A DNA stretch of 19,989 nt, taken from positions 1-19,989 of the forward strand of contig SUPR01000068.1 of assembly GCA_005191425.1 (NCBI GenBank). The letters run 5' to 3'. Source of the DNA: Candidatus Helarchaeota ASGARD archaeon Hel_GB_B. Its GTDB lineage: Archaea; Asgardarchaeota; Lokiarchaeia; Helarchaeales; HEL-GB-B. A model generated the notes under the pieces. The model was not told the origin of the DNA, ran no database searches, and saw nothing but the letters and a program-made list of their open reading frames with translations. Each line of letters opens with the position of its first letter. The first letter of the stretch is position 1. Shown here piece after piece: positions 9,633 to 17,582 of this stretch. The position numbers were made by a program, and so were the translations under genes.

Positions 9633-10427
9633 TTAAACGCGTTTTTCAATATTCATAATAATTTGTTCATATAAATATTTAATTACTTCAATACCTTTGG
9701 AATTTTCGTCATTATCTATAGGAGCAATTGATTTTAAATCTGCTTCTTTTATTTTTTGGTCTAAAGGAATATTAGATAGAACTTCAATTCCAAGTTCTTT
9801 AGCTTTATTTTTTATAAAATCCAGTTCAAAATCGGATGAGATTTTATTACCTACTAAAAAGATTTTTTTAATGCCGAGTTCAGAGGCTAAATCTCTTATG
9901 GTTTTTGCAAGGACAATAGACCGATTTCCAGGTTCTACAACTATAATCATAGCGTCAACTGCTTTGGCGGTACCTCTTCCTAGGTGCTCAATGCCAGCGA
10001 CCATGTCTAGAATAACAACGTCCTTAGTTTCCAAGATGAGGTGGTATATTAATGCCCGAATTAATGCGTTATCGGGGCACATACAACCACTTGCTGGTGT
10101 TTGGACAGTACCCATTACTAATAATCTGACTCCATCAGGGCCTATTACTTGGAATTTATCGGGTAAGTCATCGACCTTGGGGTTTAGTACAAATACACCA
10201 CCTTGAGTCCCAGCGCGTTCTTCAATTATTTTCTTTTGCTCAGAAATTGGCTTGATTTTCTTTAAATCCTCGTTAGAAATTCCTATAGCTGTTGATAGGT
10301 TCATACTTGGATCCGCATCTATTGCAATAACCCTATAACCATTTCTTGCAAATAGCCTTGAAAGAGTCCCTGCTATTGTGGTCTTTCCAACACCACCTTT
10401 TCCAACAATCGCAATTTTATAGCCCAT
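9633..10427 (-). CDS. cooC: CooC/AcsF-family nickel-insertion ATPase (CO dehydrogenase/acetyl-CoA synthase maturation factor; MinD/SIMIBI class)
   Basis: Deviant Walker A GKGGVGKTT, IDADPSMNL, Ni-binding CxC motif in GCMCP, DMVAGIEHLGRGTAKAVD and VGNK. A GTGAT SD-like site lies upstream. Confidence 0.93.
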   Translation of the reverse strand: MGYKIAIVGKGGVGKTTIAGTLSRLFARNGYRVIAIDADPSMNLSTAIGISNEDLKKIKPISEQKKIIEERAGTQGGVFVLNPKVDDLPDKFQVIGPDGVRLLVMGTVQTPASGCMCPDNALIRALIYHLILETKDVVILDMVAGIEHLGRGTAKAVDAMIIVVEPGNRSIVLAKTIRDLASELGIKKIFLVGNKISSDFELDFIKNKAKELGIEVLSNIPLDQKIKEADLKSIAPIDNDENSKGIEVIKYLYEQIIMNIEKRV

Positions 10428-11202
10428 AAACTATCACATTAAAAATTTTAATTTTAGAAATTTAATTAAATAAGCAATTTTTGATTTGGGTTTTTTTATC
10501 ATTTTGTCAATCTATCAATATAAGAAATTTAAAACTTTTTTTAAAAATTTGAATATTAAAACTAATATTGATTTTAAAATGGGTAGATACAATACTACTT
10601 TTTGTTTTTTTTGATTATTCTAGATTTTTAATGATTAATCTATTAAAATAGGGGAGATAATTCATTTCTAAATAAGATTAATCAAAAAGATGAGAAATTA
10701 AATTTATTTGTATTAGGGTCTTATTAAAATTATAAATTTAATTAATTTTTAATTGGACTAAAATGAAAATTGATAGCGCGTATTTTAATTACAGATTGAA
10801 AATTAAAAGTTTTATACCATTTTTGTGAAATGTTTAGAATTGAATTTAGATGAATGTAAAAATTTTATTAAATTATTAATTTTTAAATATATAGACATAT
10901 ATTTATTTAGTAAATGTCGTTCTAAAATTCATTATTTTTATTTGATAATTTATTAAATTTAATATATTCGAATTTATCCTTTTAAATCTTTATAAAAGAG
11001 AATGAAAAAAAGTAAATTTTAGATGTGATAAATAATTTTTAAATAGAAGAAGTAAATAGTTATAAAAAGAATTAAAGTAAAAATAAAGAGATTCAATCAT
11101 AAATAATTATTTTAGATATAAAACAAATTTAAAATTAGAAGACTTTTAAAGCTCTAAAAATTTTACTAGATTCCACAATTTTTTATATTAGAGGGTCAAA
11201 AA
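10428..11202. promoter_or_regulatory. 775-bp extremely AT-rich divergent intergenic region (expected to hold promoters for cooC and for the GIFT-domain gene)
   Basis: Flanking genes point away from each other. No ORF of 60 aa or more in the track and none convincing by eye. Individual TATA boxes cannot be singled out in this composition. Confidence 0.55.
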
Positions 11203-12546
11203 ATGGAAAAAAGTTTTAAGGCAAGCATTGGTTTTGATAATACACAAAATGAGCGAGGAAAATTAGAGGAGAACTATACTAAATTCAAATCTATAATTAT
11301 AGATGAAGGTCATGAAATCAATTCAAAATTTGAATTTCCAATTTCACTTGGTCAATTGTCGAAGTATGACATAGTATTTTTTGCATGCCCAGATAGGTCG
11401 AAATTTCGGGAATTTGAAATAGAACAAATTATTAAATATGTAAAAAATGGTGGTAATGTAGTTTTATTAAGTAATGCTGGTGGAGATAAAGGGTTAGGTA
11501 CAAACCTAAATGAAATTGGTAAAGAATTTGGGATTACATGCAATAATGACCAGATTTGTGATGATGAACAAAATTATGGAATAAGGACACTTCCAATATC
11601 TCAGAATTTTAATTTACACCCAATAACGACTGAGATCGAACTTTTATTATTACCAGGTGCTTGTAGCTTAAATGTATCTAAAGATGCAACGGTAATAGTA
11701 TCTTCAGGAGAACATGCCGAACCACCAAATGCACCAGTAATCGCTGTTGCGGAAAAAGGACTTGGTAAATTTGTATTTTTTGGGACTTATGAATTGTTTA
11801 GAGATAATATTAGGGGGGGTATTCAAGTTATTCAGCACCGAATTTTATTAAAAAATCTATTAAATTGGCTATTTGAAGATATGGAAAAGAAAAGACTAAT
11901 ACTTAATATTCAAACTTTGGCTAACGCCGTTGTTCTGAAACTTAAAAAGAAAGAGAAAAAGGAAAAAGGTATTGAACCAATTAAAATTGTTTCTACCAAA
12001 CCAGTTATAAGGACTCCTGATGGTAAAATTTCCCCAGAGTCCATGCTTGACCAGATTATTATATCTTTAAAACAACTTCAGGAAATTAGTGGAAATTTAA
12101 ATATTATTGATAGAAACATAACAGAATTTGCTCGCGAGATTAAACTGTTAAGAAATGATATTACTTCAATTCCAAGCGAAATGGACAATCTTACAAAAGA
12201 AATTTCAAATATATCACTATTATTAAAAGATTTACAAGAAGAAATAAAGGAAATCAAAATTGCTAAAAGTCTTGAAAAAGCTATAGAAAATTTTCAAGAT
12301 TTTAAATTAAATTTCGAGTCTCAAATAGACATAATTTTAAATAAAAACATTAACCCAATTAAATTGGAAATTTCTGAAATAAGTGAGTCCGTTAATTTGA
12401 AAGACAAAGAAATAGAAAAAATCAAAGAAGATTTAGTTTATATTAAAGAAAATTTAGTCTTAAAAAAAGATGTTGAAGAAATAAAAATAGAATTAATTGA
12501 TAGTATCAAAAGTTTTTTTGAAAATTTAAAAAATCAGGGCCAATAG
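11203..12546 (+). CDS. IFT52/GldG-like (GIFT, class-I GATase-like fold) domain protein with C-terminal coiled coil; no signal peptide
   Basis: Residues about 5-223 read IGFDNTQNE...LSKYDIVFFACPDRSKFREFEIEQIIKYVKNGGNVVLLSNAGG...TNLNEIGKEFGITCNNDQI...HPIT...GKFVFFG...LLKNLLNWL. This matches the remembered IFT52 N-terminal pattern (P..KF...E.E.(I/L).KY...GG.V.......GG......TN.N.....(E/Y)GI..NND). A K/P-rich linker and heptad-rich C-terminal ~170 aa follow. Confidence 0.75.
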   Translation: MEKSFKASIGFDNTQNERGKLEENYTKFKSIIIDEGHEINSKFEFPISLGQLSKYDIVFFACPDRSKFREFEIEQIIKYVKNGGNVVLLSNAGGDKGLGTNLNEIGKEFGITCNNDQICDDEQNYGIRTLPISQNFNLHPITTEIELLLLPGACSLNVSKDATVIVSSGEHAEPPNAPVIAVAEKGLGKFVFFGTYELFRDNIRGGIQVIQHRILLKNLLNWLFEDMEKKRLILNIQTLANAVVLKLKKKEKKEKGIEPIKIVSTKPVIRTPDGKISPESMLDQIIISLKQLQEISGNLNIIDRNITEFAREIKLLRNDITSIPSEMDNLTKEISNISLLLKDLQEEIKEIKIAKSLEKAIENFQDFKLNFESQIDIILNKNINPIKLEISEISESVNLKDKEIEKIKEDLVYIKENLVLKKDVEEIKIELIDSIKSFFENLKNQGQ

Positions 12547-12640
12547 TTAAAATTCTTTTATTTTTTTACAATTTATAATCTTTCAATTACTCTTTTTTAA
12601 AAGAAATACTTAAATTCTCCAAAATTTAATTAATATTATA

Positions 12641-12651
12641 ATTTTTATATA
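12641..12651 (+). promoter_or_regulatory. Candidate TATA box (TTTTTATATA) for the coiled-coil-profilin gene
   Basis: About 35-45 nt upstream of ATG 12686. A GGAGA SD-like site lies just before the ATG, and T-runs follow the upstream stop codon. Weak because the background is AT-rich. Confidence 0.35.
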
Positions 12652-12685
12652 CCTTTCACTAATAATTATTTCTGGAGAGATAGTA

Positions 12686-15199
12686 ATGTCTATGAGTAGC
12701 CTTGAAAAAGAGATTGAAAAATTAAAAGCAGATATTGATTTCAGAAATAAAAGAATTGAAAAACTAGAATTAGAAGTTGCAAAAAATAAGACGGATGCCA
12801 GATTAAAAGACGAAAAAATTGAAAAGCAACAAATAGAAATAAAAAATAAATTGGAAGAAATTGAGAGAAAAGACGCAGAAATTAAAACATTAAAAGAAAA
12901 ACTGGAATCACTAGCTACTGACCAACTTGAACAAGAACTAAATTCATTAAAAACACTCAGTCAAAATCAAAAAAAGGAAATTGATTCTTTAAAAATTGAA
13001 AATGAGAAATTAATATCTGAACTTGATAAAGCAAATAAAAAAATTGATGAATTAAATTCAACTTTAGAATCTCAAAAAGAAAATATCGCGTCATTAGAAT
13101 CTCAATTTTCTGATGCTCAATCTAAAATTAAAGAAAAAGAGAAAGAATTAATCGCAACGAATATTAAAAATTCTAAGCTGGAAGATTCGATTAAAAATCT
13201 AAAAAATTTATTAGACGCCAGTAATGATGAAAAAAACAAGTTATATGAAAATTTAGAGAATATTAATAAAAAAGTTTCAGAACTTGAAAAACAAATACAG
13301 GAAAAAGATGAAAAAATAGAAAAAATTAAAAATGAATTAGAACTTACAACTCAAATTTCCGATAATAATAAACAAATGGTCGATGATTATAAAAAACAAA
13401 TTATTGAATTAAATAATAAACTCACCAAATATATTAACGATTCGGAGGGAAAAAGCCTTAAAATTGACAATTTACAAAAAGAATTAGACAAATTACATGC
13501 AGGAGTCGACCTTTATGAGTCCAAAATTAAAGAATTGAAAGACAAAATTAATGAAAAAGAAGAAGAGATTCAAAAATTAAAATCAAGTAGTAGTAGCCCA
13601 TTAGAAGATAATTTAAAAGTGGAAGAGTTAAACAGACGTATTAAAATTTTAGAACTTGAACTTAAGGATACCAAGAAGGAGTTAGAGGAAGAGAAAAGTA
13701 AAAAAAGAGTGAAAGAATCTGAAAAAGCAGTTATATCTCCTAAAGATATTTCACTTGAGTTTGATATTGAGAAAATTTTGATCGGTAATCTCACAGATTC
13801 AGATAAAGAACAAATAACAGAACAATTTAAAAAGCAACAAAATTTGATTAAAGAATTTATGACGGTAAATAATAAACAAAAACTACAAATTGAAAAATTA
13901 GAAAATAAAATTTCCAAAAGAGACGATGAAATAGAAGATATTAAGAAAAAAAATAAAGAATTAGAAAAAGAAATTAAAAAATTATCTAAAGAATTAAAGA
14001 AAAAATCCCATGTAATTAAAGAATTGAAAAGTGAAGTTGATCTAGAAGAAGCAATTGACCAGATTGATAAAATTGGAGAATATGAAAGCAGATTTGAAGA
14101 AATAAATAAATTAAAAGGTTTATTAGAAAAAGCAAATATTACAATAGAGGGCCAAAAAAATATTATTAAAGACCTAGAAAATACAGTCGCTACATTAAAA
14201 AAAGATACAAATGTACAAGCAGCACAAAAACTCAGAGAATCATATGAACAATATATAATGAACCTCCAAAAAGAAGCGTATGATAATAAATATCAATTAG
14301 AAAATGCATTAAAAAGAATTGAAGATTTGGAATTTGAATTAGAAAAATATAATAAATTATTTAGTCAATACGAATCTCAAATTGAAAAAATTGGTAAGAT
14401 TAGTGAGGGCGTCTCTTCAGATATTCCCTTGGATGAATATACTTCAATTCCAAGTAGCCAGCCTACGGATGAAATAAATTATAATGAATATGAACAAGGA
14501 AAACCAGCTTTTGTCCCTAGTGAAACAAATTTAAAACCCTCAGAATTATTTGGGACTCGACCAGCTCCAAATAAAGTAATCGAGCGAGCGAATGAATCCA
14601 CAAATGAATTATTGGGTAGTAAATTAATAGGTGAATCGGACGACCTAAACCAAAATAGAGGATTATTAACTCCTGCTAATATATCACAAGATAGTAATTT
14701 ACTTACACCAGATGACCTAAAAAGTGATAATAAAGTAAAGGATGGAGAATTATTAGGAAGTTCAAGCAGTGGTGGATTATTAACGGGAGAAACAGAACTA
14801 AAATTACTACCAGAAGAGGGTAAATTTAGCTTATTAAATAAAATAATTAATCAATTTATTAAATATTGTAACAATGTTGACGATTCGGCATTATGTATGT
14901 TTGATGGACTTGTCTTATCTCAAACTTTTGATTGGGACATTTCTGCAGATATAAAAAGAGTAATAAATGAATGGAAAGAGGAATCTACCTCAATTTTTTT
15001 GAAAGGGACTAAATATGCAACTTTAAAAGTGGGAGATGATGTATTAGTAGCCACCAGTACACAGGGAAAAGGACATCTACTATGTATCTCAATTAATGAA
15101 GATTTGTTTATAATATTTGTTTTAGATAAAACTGCAGACCCACTGACTATTTTTGATGATTTTGAACCCTATAATGAGCAATTACGAAGTTTATTATAA
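12686..15199 (+). CDS. 837-aa protein: about 570-aa coiled coil + acidic low-complexity linker + C-terminal Asgard-type profilin domain
   Basis: Residues 5-570 are E/K/L-rich heptads with no Walker motifs. Residues 573-713 form an S/D/E/P/G-rich linker. Residues 714-837 carry DGLVLSQTFDWDISADI, TSIFLKGTKY, VATSTQGKGHLL and EPYNEQLRSLL, matching remembered Loki profilin motifs (DG.I..QT.NW.IS.D, TS..IQG.KY, TN..GKGH, Y...L..L(I/L)-COOH). Confidence 0.85.
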   Translation: MSMSSLEKEIEKLKADIDFRNKRIEKLELEVAKNKTDARLKDEKIEKQQIEIKNKLEEIERKDAEIKTLKEKLESLATDQLEQELNSLKTLSQNQKKEIDSLKIENEKLISELDKANKKIDELNSTLESQKENIASLESQFSDAQSKIKEKEKELIATNIKNSKLEDSIKNLKNLLDASNDEKNKLYENLENINKKVSELEKQIQEKDEKIEKIKNELELTTQISDNNKQMVDDYKKQIIELNNKLTKYINDSEGKSLKIDNLQKELDKLHAGVDLYESKIKELKDKINEKEEEIQKLKSSSSSPLEDNLKVEELNRRIKILELELKDTKKELEEEKSKKRVKESEKAVISPKDISLEFDIEKILIGNLTDSDKEQITEQFKKQQNLIKEFMTVNNKQKLQIEKLENKISKRDDEIEDIKKKNKELEKEIKKLSKELKKKSHVIKELKSEVDLEEAIDQIDKIGEYESRFEEINKLKGLLEKANITIEGQKNIIKDLENTVATLKKDTNVQAAQKLRESYEQYIMNLQKEAYDNKYQLENALKRIEDLEFELEKYNKLFSQYESQIEKIGKISEGVSSDIPLDEYTSIPSSQPTDEINYNEYEQGKPAFVPSETNLKPSELFGTRPAPNKVIERANESTNELLGSKLIGESDDLNQNRGLLTPANISQDSNLLTPDDLKSDNKVKDGELLGSSSSGGLLTGETELKLLPEEGKFSLLNKIINQFIKYCNNVDDSALCMFDGLVLSQTFDWDISADIKRVINEWKEESTSIFLKGTKYATLKVGDDVLVATSTQGKGHLLCISINEDLFIIFVLDKTADPLTIFDDFEPYNEQLRSLL

Positions 15200-15244
15200 T
15201 AAAAATCTTTTTATTATTAAGCTTTTTTTCATAGGTAATTCTAT

Positions 15245-17485
15245 ATGATACCACTAACTTCTCAAAAATTTTCAGAAGTTTTTGGTGTAAATTCATCTAT
15301 TTATTATGAATATAAAAATGAAATTTCAGATTTATTTAGAACTAACAATAATTATATAGAAATAATGAGTGATAAAGAACAATGGACCAAAAAATTTAGT
15401 TTATTATATAAAAAATCAGAATTGAATGAAGATCTATTCATCAAACATTCATATATTTCCTTATTGATTAAAATTATTATTGCAAAAAAGGTTCTTTTAT
15501 TTAAGAAATGGACAGACCTTGAAAATTTTAAAAATACTCTCGATGAAAAAAAAATAGACATTTTTAAAGATGAATTATTTAAGTGGAATATACAAATCAA
15601 TAAAATAAATAAAATGATTTTTAATGAAATCGATAAATACAATTTTAAATCAATGGACCTCTTTAATTTATTATATCAAGAAATGTTTACTATTAAAACT
15701 AGACGTAATCTTGGAGAATATTATACACCGCCTGAATTGGCAAAATTAATGGTAGATGACAGCTATAAACTTGGGGATTATGTATTGGACCCAAATTGTG
15801 GGAGCGGTACGATTCTTATTGAAATTATATTAAAAATTATAAGATCAGATATTCCTGACACTGACAAAATTAAATATTTAAATCGGATCTATGGGTTTGA
15901 TATAAATCCAATAGCAATTTTAATTGTTAAAGCAAATTTATTGTTAATTTATTATTTAAACAATTTAAAAGATACCTCAATTAATATTTTTCTTTTAAAT
16001 CCATTGTTTGAAAAAGAGTACAAAGGAGCGCAATTTCCTAAATTTGATTTAATTATAGGAAATCCACCATGGATTGTCCTCAATAGTATTCATTCTTATG
16101 AATATAAAGAAAAAATAAGAATGAAAGCATTAGAACTTGGGATAATAAGGGGTGGTAAATACTCAACATCAATAGAAATCAGCTCACTTATTTTTGAAGA
16201 TGTTTCACAATATTTTTTGAAGAATGGAGGAATTATATTCTTTATTATGACAAATGGGGTTATGAATGGCGATCAACATTCAAAATTCCGCACTTTTAAA
16301 AATTTCAAAGAGATAACCATTTGGAAATTTACGGAGGATATATTTAGAATTAATAGCATCTGTTTGAAAGCAAAAAAAGGTTTTAGACCAATTCTTGAGC
16401 GATTAAAAATAAATGTAATTGAATTATTTTGTATTAAAAAAGATTCTAAGTGGGAATTCAAGTTCAAAAGACCAGAAATTTATGTTCCATACAATTATAA
16501 TACAATTAATGAAAATTCAAAAATTATAAGAAGATTTATCCCATTAAAAATATTAGAATTATTATTACCCCAAAAAAAATCAGAATATTCCAGTAAATTC
16601 TATCAAGGCGCGTCATTAATACCCAGAAATTTAATTTTTATTAATATAGATCTTGAAATTAATGAAAAACTTGTTAAAATATCACCCTATATGGATTTTC
16701 AAGCCAAATATCCCTGGAATAAAAAACCTTTTGACAACGCAATTATAGAAAAAAAGTACATTTTTAATGTGGCAAAAAGTACTGACCTCGTCCCATTTAA
16801 GTTGTTAACTACCCATTACGTTGTTTTACCTATAAATAAAAAAGATTTCAAGTATGAACCAAAATTATTGAATAAATATGCACAAATCCATTTTAATTTC
16901 CTGAATAATTATTATAAAGAAAATATAAAAGAGGGAACTAAAATTGGGAAATTGTGGAATGAAATTAATCATTTTAATAAATTAATTAATCCAAATCAAA
17001 AAAGAAAAATTAAAATAATTTTTAATGGAATCGGTAGCATTGTCAAATCAGCTGTTTTAACAAATTATGAATTAATTGATACGAGTCTTTATTATTATTC
17101 GGCAAATAATTTGGACGAAGCTTATTATCTTATGGCAGTATTAAATTCGCCTTCGATAACTTATTCTATCCAATATTTTGGGAGTATTGGAAAAAGCGGA
17201 ACCTTGCGAAATATTCATAAACACCCATTAAACATTCCAATTCCTCTATACAACCCAAATAACGAATTATGTACCAAAATATCAAATCTTGGAAAAAAAT
17301 TAGAACAATTGGTCCAAAGTTTGATCAATGAATGGATAAAGGAAGGTAATAATAAAACATTTATCAAATCACAAATAAAATTAAGACCAAGGGCAATTCA
17401 ACTATATATATTAGAAAATAAATTATTCCAAAAACAATTAAAATACTTAGATAATTTAACAAAAAGTTTAATTTTTGAAGGATAA
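15245..17485 (+). CDS. N6-adenine DNA methyltransferase (gamma class, Eco57I/TaqI-like) with fused C-terminal target-recognition region; no nuclease domain recognised
   Basis: GEYYTP (motif X), VLDPNCGSG (SAM-binding motif I), GFDINP, FDLIIGNPPW (catalytic motif IV). About 350 aa of C-terminal region ending in a YYY..LNS..IP.P pattern typical of TRD-bearing MTases. Confidence 0.88.
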   Translation: MIPLTSQKFSEVFGVNSSIYYEYKNEISDLFRTNNNYIEIMSDKEQWTKKFSLLYKKSELNEDLFIKHSYISLLIKIIIAKKVLLFKKWTDLENFKNTLDEKKIDIFKDELFKWNIQINKINKMIFNEIDKYNFKSMDLFNLLYQEMFTIKTRRNLGEYYTPPELAKLMVDDSYKLGDYVLDPNCGSGTILIEIILKIIRSDIPDTDKIKYLNRIYGFDINPIAILIVKANLLLIYYLNNLKDTSINIFLLNPLFEKEYKGAQFPKFDLIIGNPPWIVLNSIHSYEYKEKIRMKALELGIIRGGKYSTSIEISSLIFEDVSQYFLKNGGIIFFIMTNGVMNGDQHSKFRTFKNFKEITIWKFTEDIFRINSICLKAKKGFRPILERLKINVIELFCIKKDSKWEFKFKRPEIYVPYNYNTINENSKIIRRFIPLKILELLLPQKKSEYSSKFYQGASLIPRNLIFINIDLEINEKLVKISPYMDFQAKYPWNKKPFDNAIIEKKYIFNVAKSTDLVPFKLLTTHYVVLPINKKDFKYEPKLLNKYAQIHFNFLNNYYKENIKEGTKIGKLWNEINHFNKLINPNQKRKIKIIFNGIGSIVKSAVLTNYELIDTSLYYYSANNLDEAYYLMAVLNSPSITYSIQYFGSIGKSGTLRNIHKHPLNIPIPLYNPNNELCTKISNLGKKLEQLVQSLINEWIKEGNNKTFIKSQIKLRPRAIQLYILENKLFQKQLKYLDNLTKSLIFEG

Positions 17486-17582
17486 TAAAATACTCTATTA
17501 AGAGGTAAAAAAAATAGAGAGTAGAAGAAATCCAATTAACTTATATTGTATATGATTTGAATTTTAACATTCAGACTAAGCC

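Noticed and set aside
9633-9649. TTG start at 9649 giving a 17-bp overlap with cooC
   Set aside because: ATG at 9610 gives a normal short spacer and a typical basic-then-hydrophobic N-terminus.
9995-10009. CooC switch region DMVAG instead of the common DMEAG
   Set aside because: This position varies among CooC proteins as I recall them (e.g. DMGAG), so it is not evidence of altered function.
12686-14401. SMC/Rad50, myosin or intermediate-filament identity for the long coiled coil
   Set aside because: No Walker A/B, signature motif, hinge, zinc hook or motor domain is present. Such database hits would reflect heptad composition only.
14543-14815. WH2 or polyproline actin-regulatory motifs in the linker
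   Set aside because: No helix-plus-LKKT/LRRV pattern and no proline runs. Reported only as an unnamed repeated motif.
8455-16467. Track ORFs 8455..8664, 9697..10206, 11352..11543, 13570..13917, 15352..15642, 16273..16467
   Set aside because: Each is antisense to a well-supported gene, with composition expected from reverse-complemented codons.
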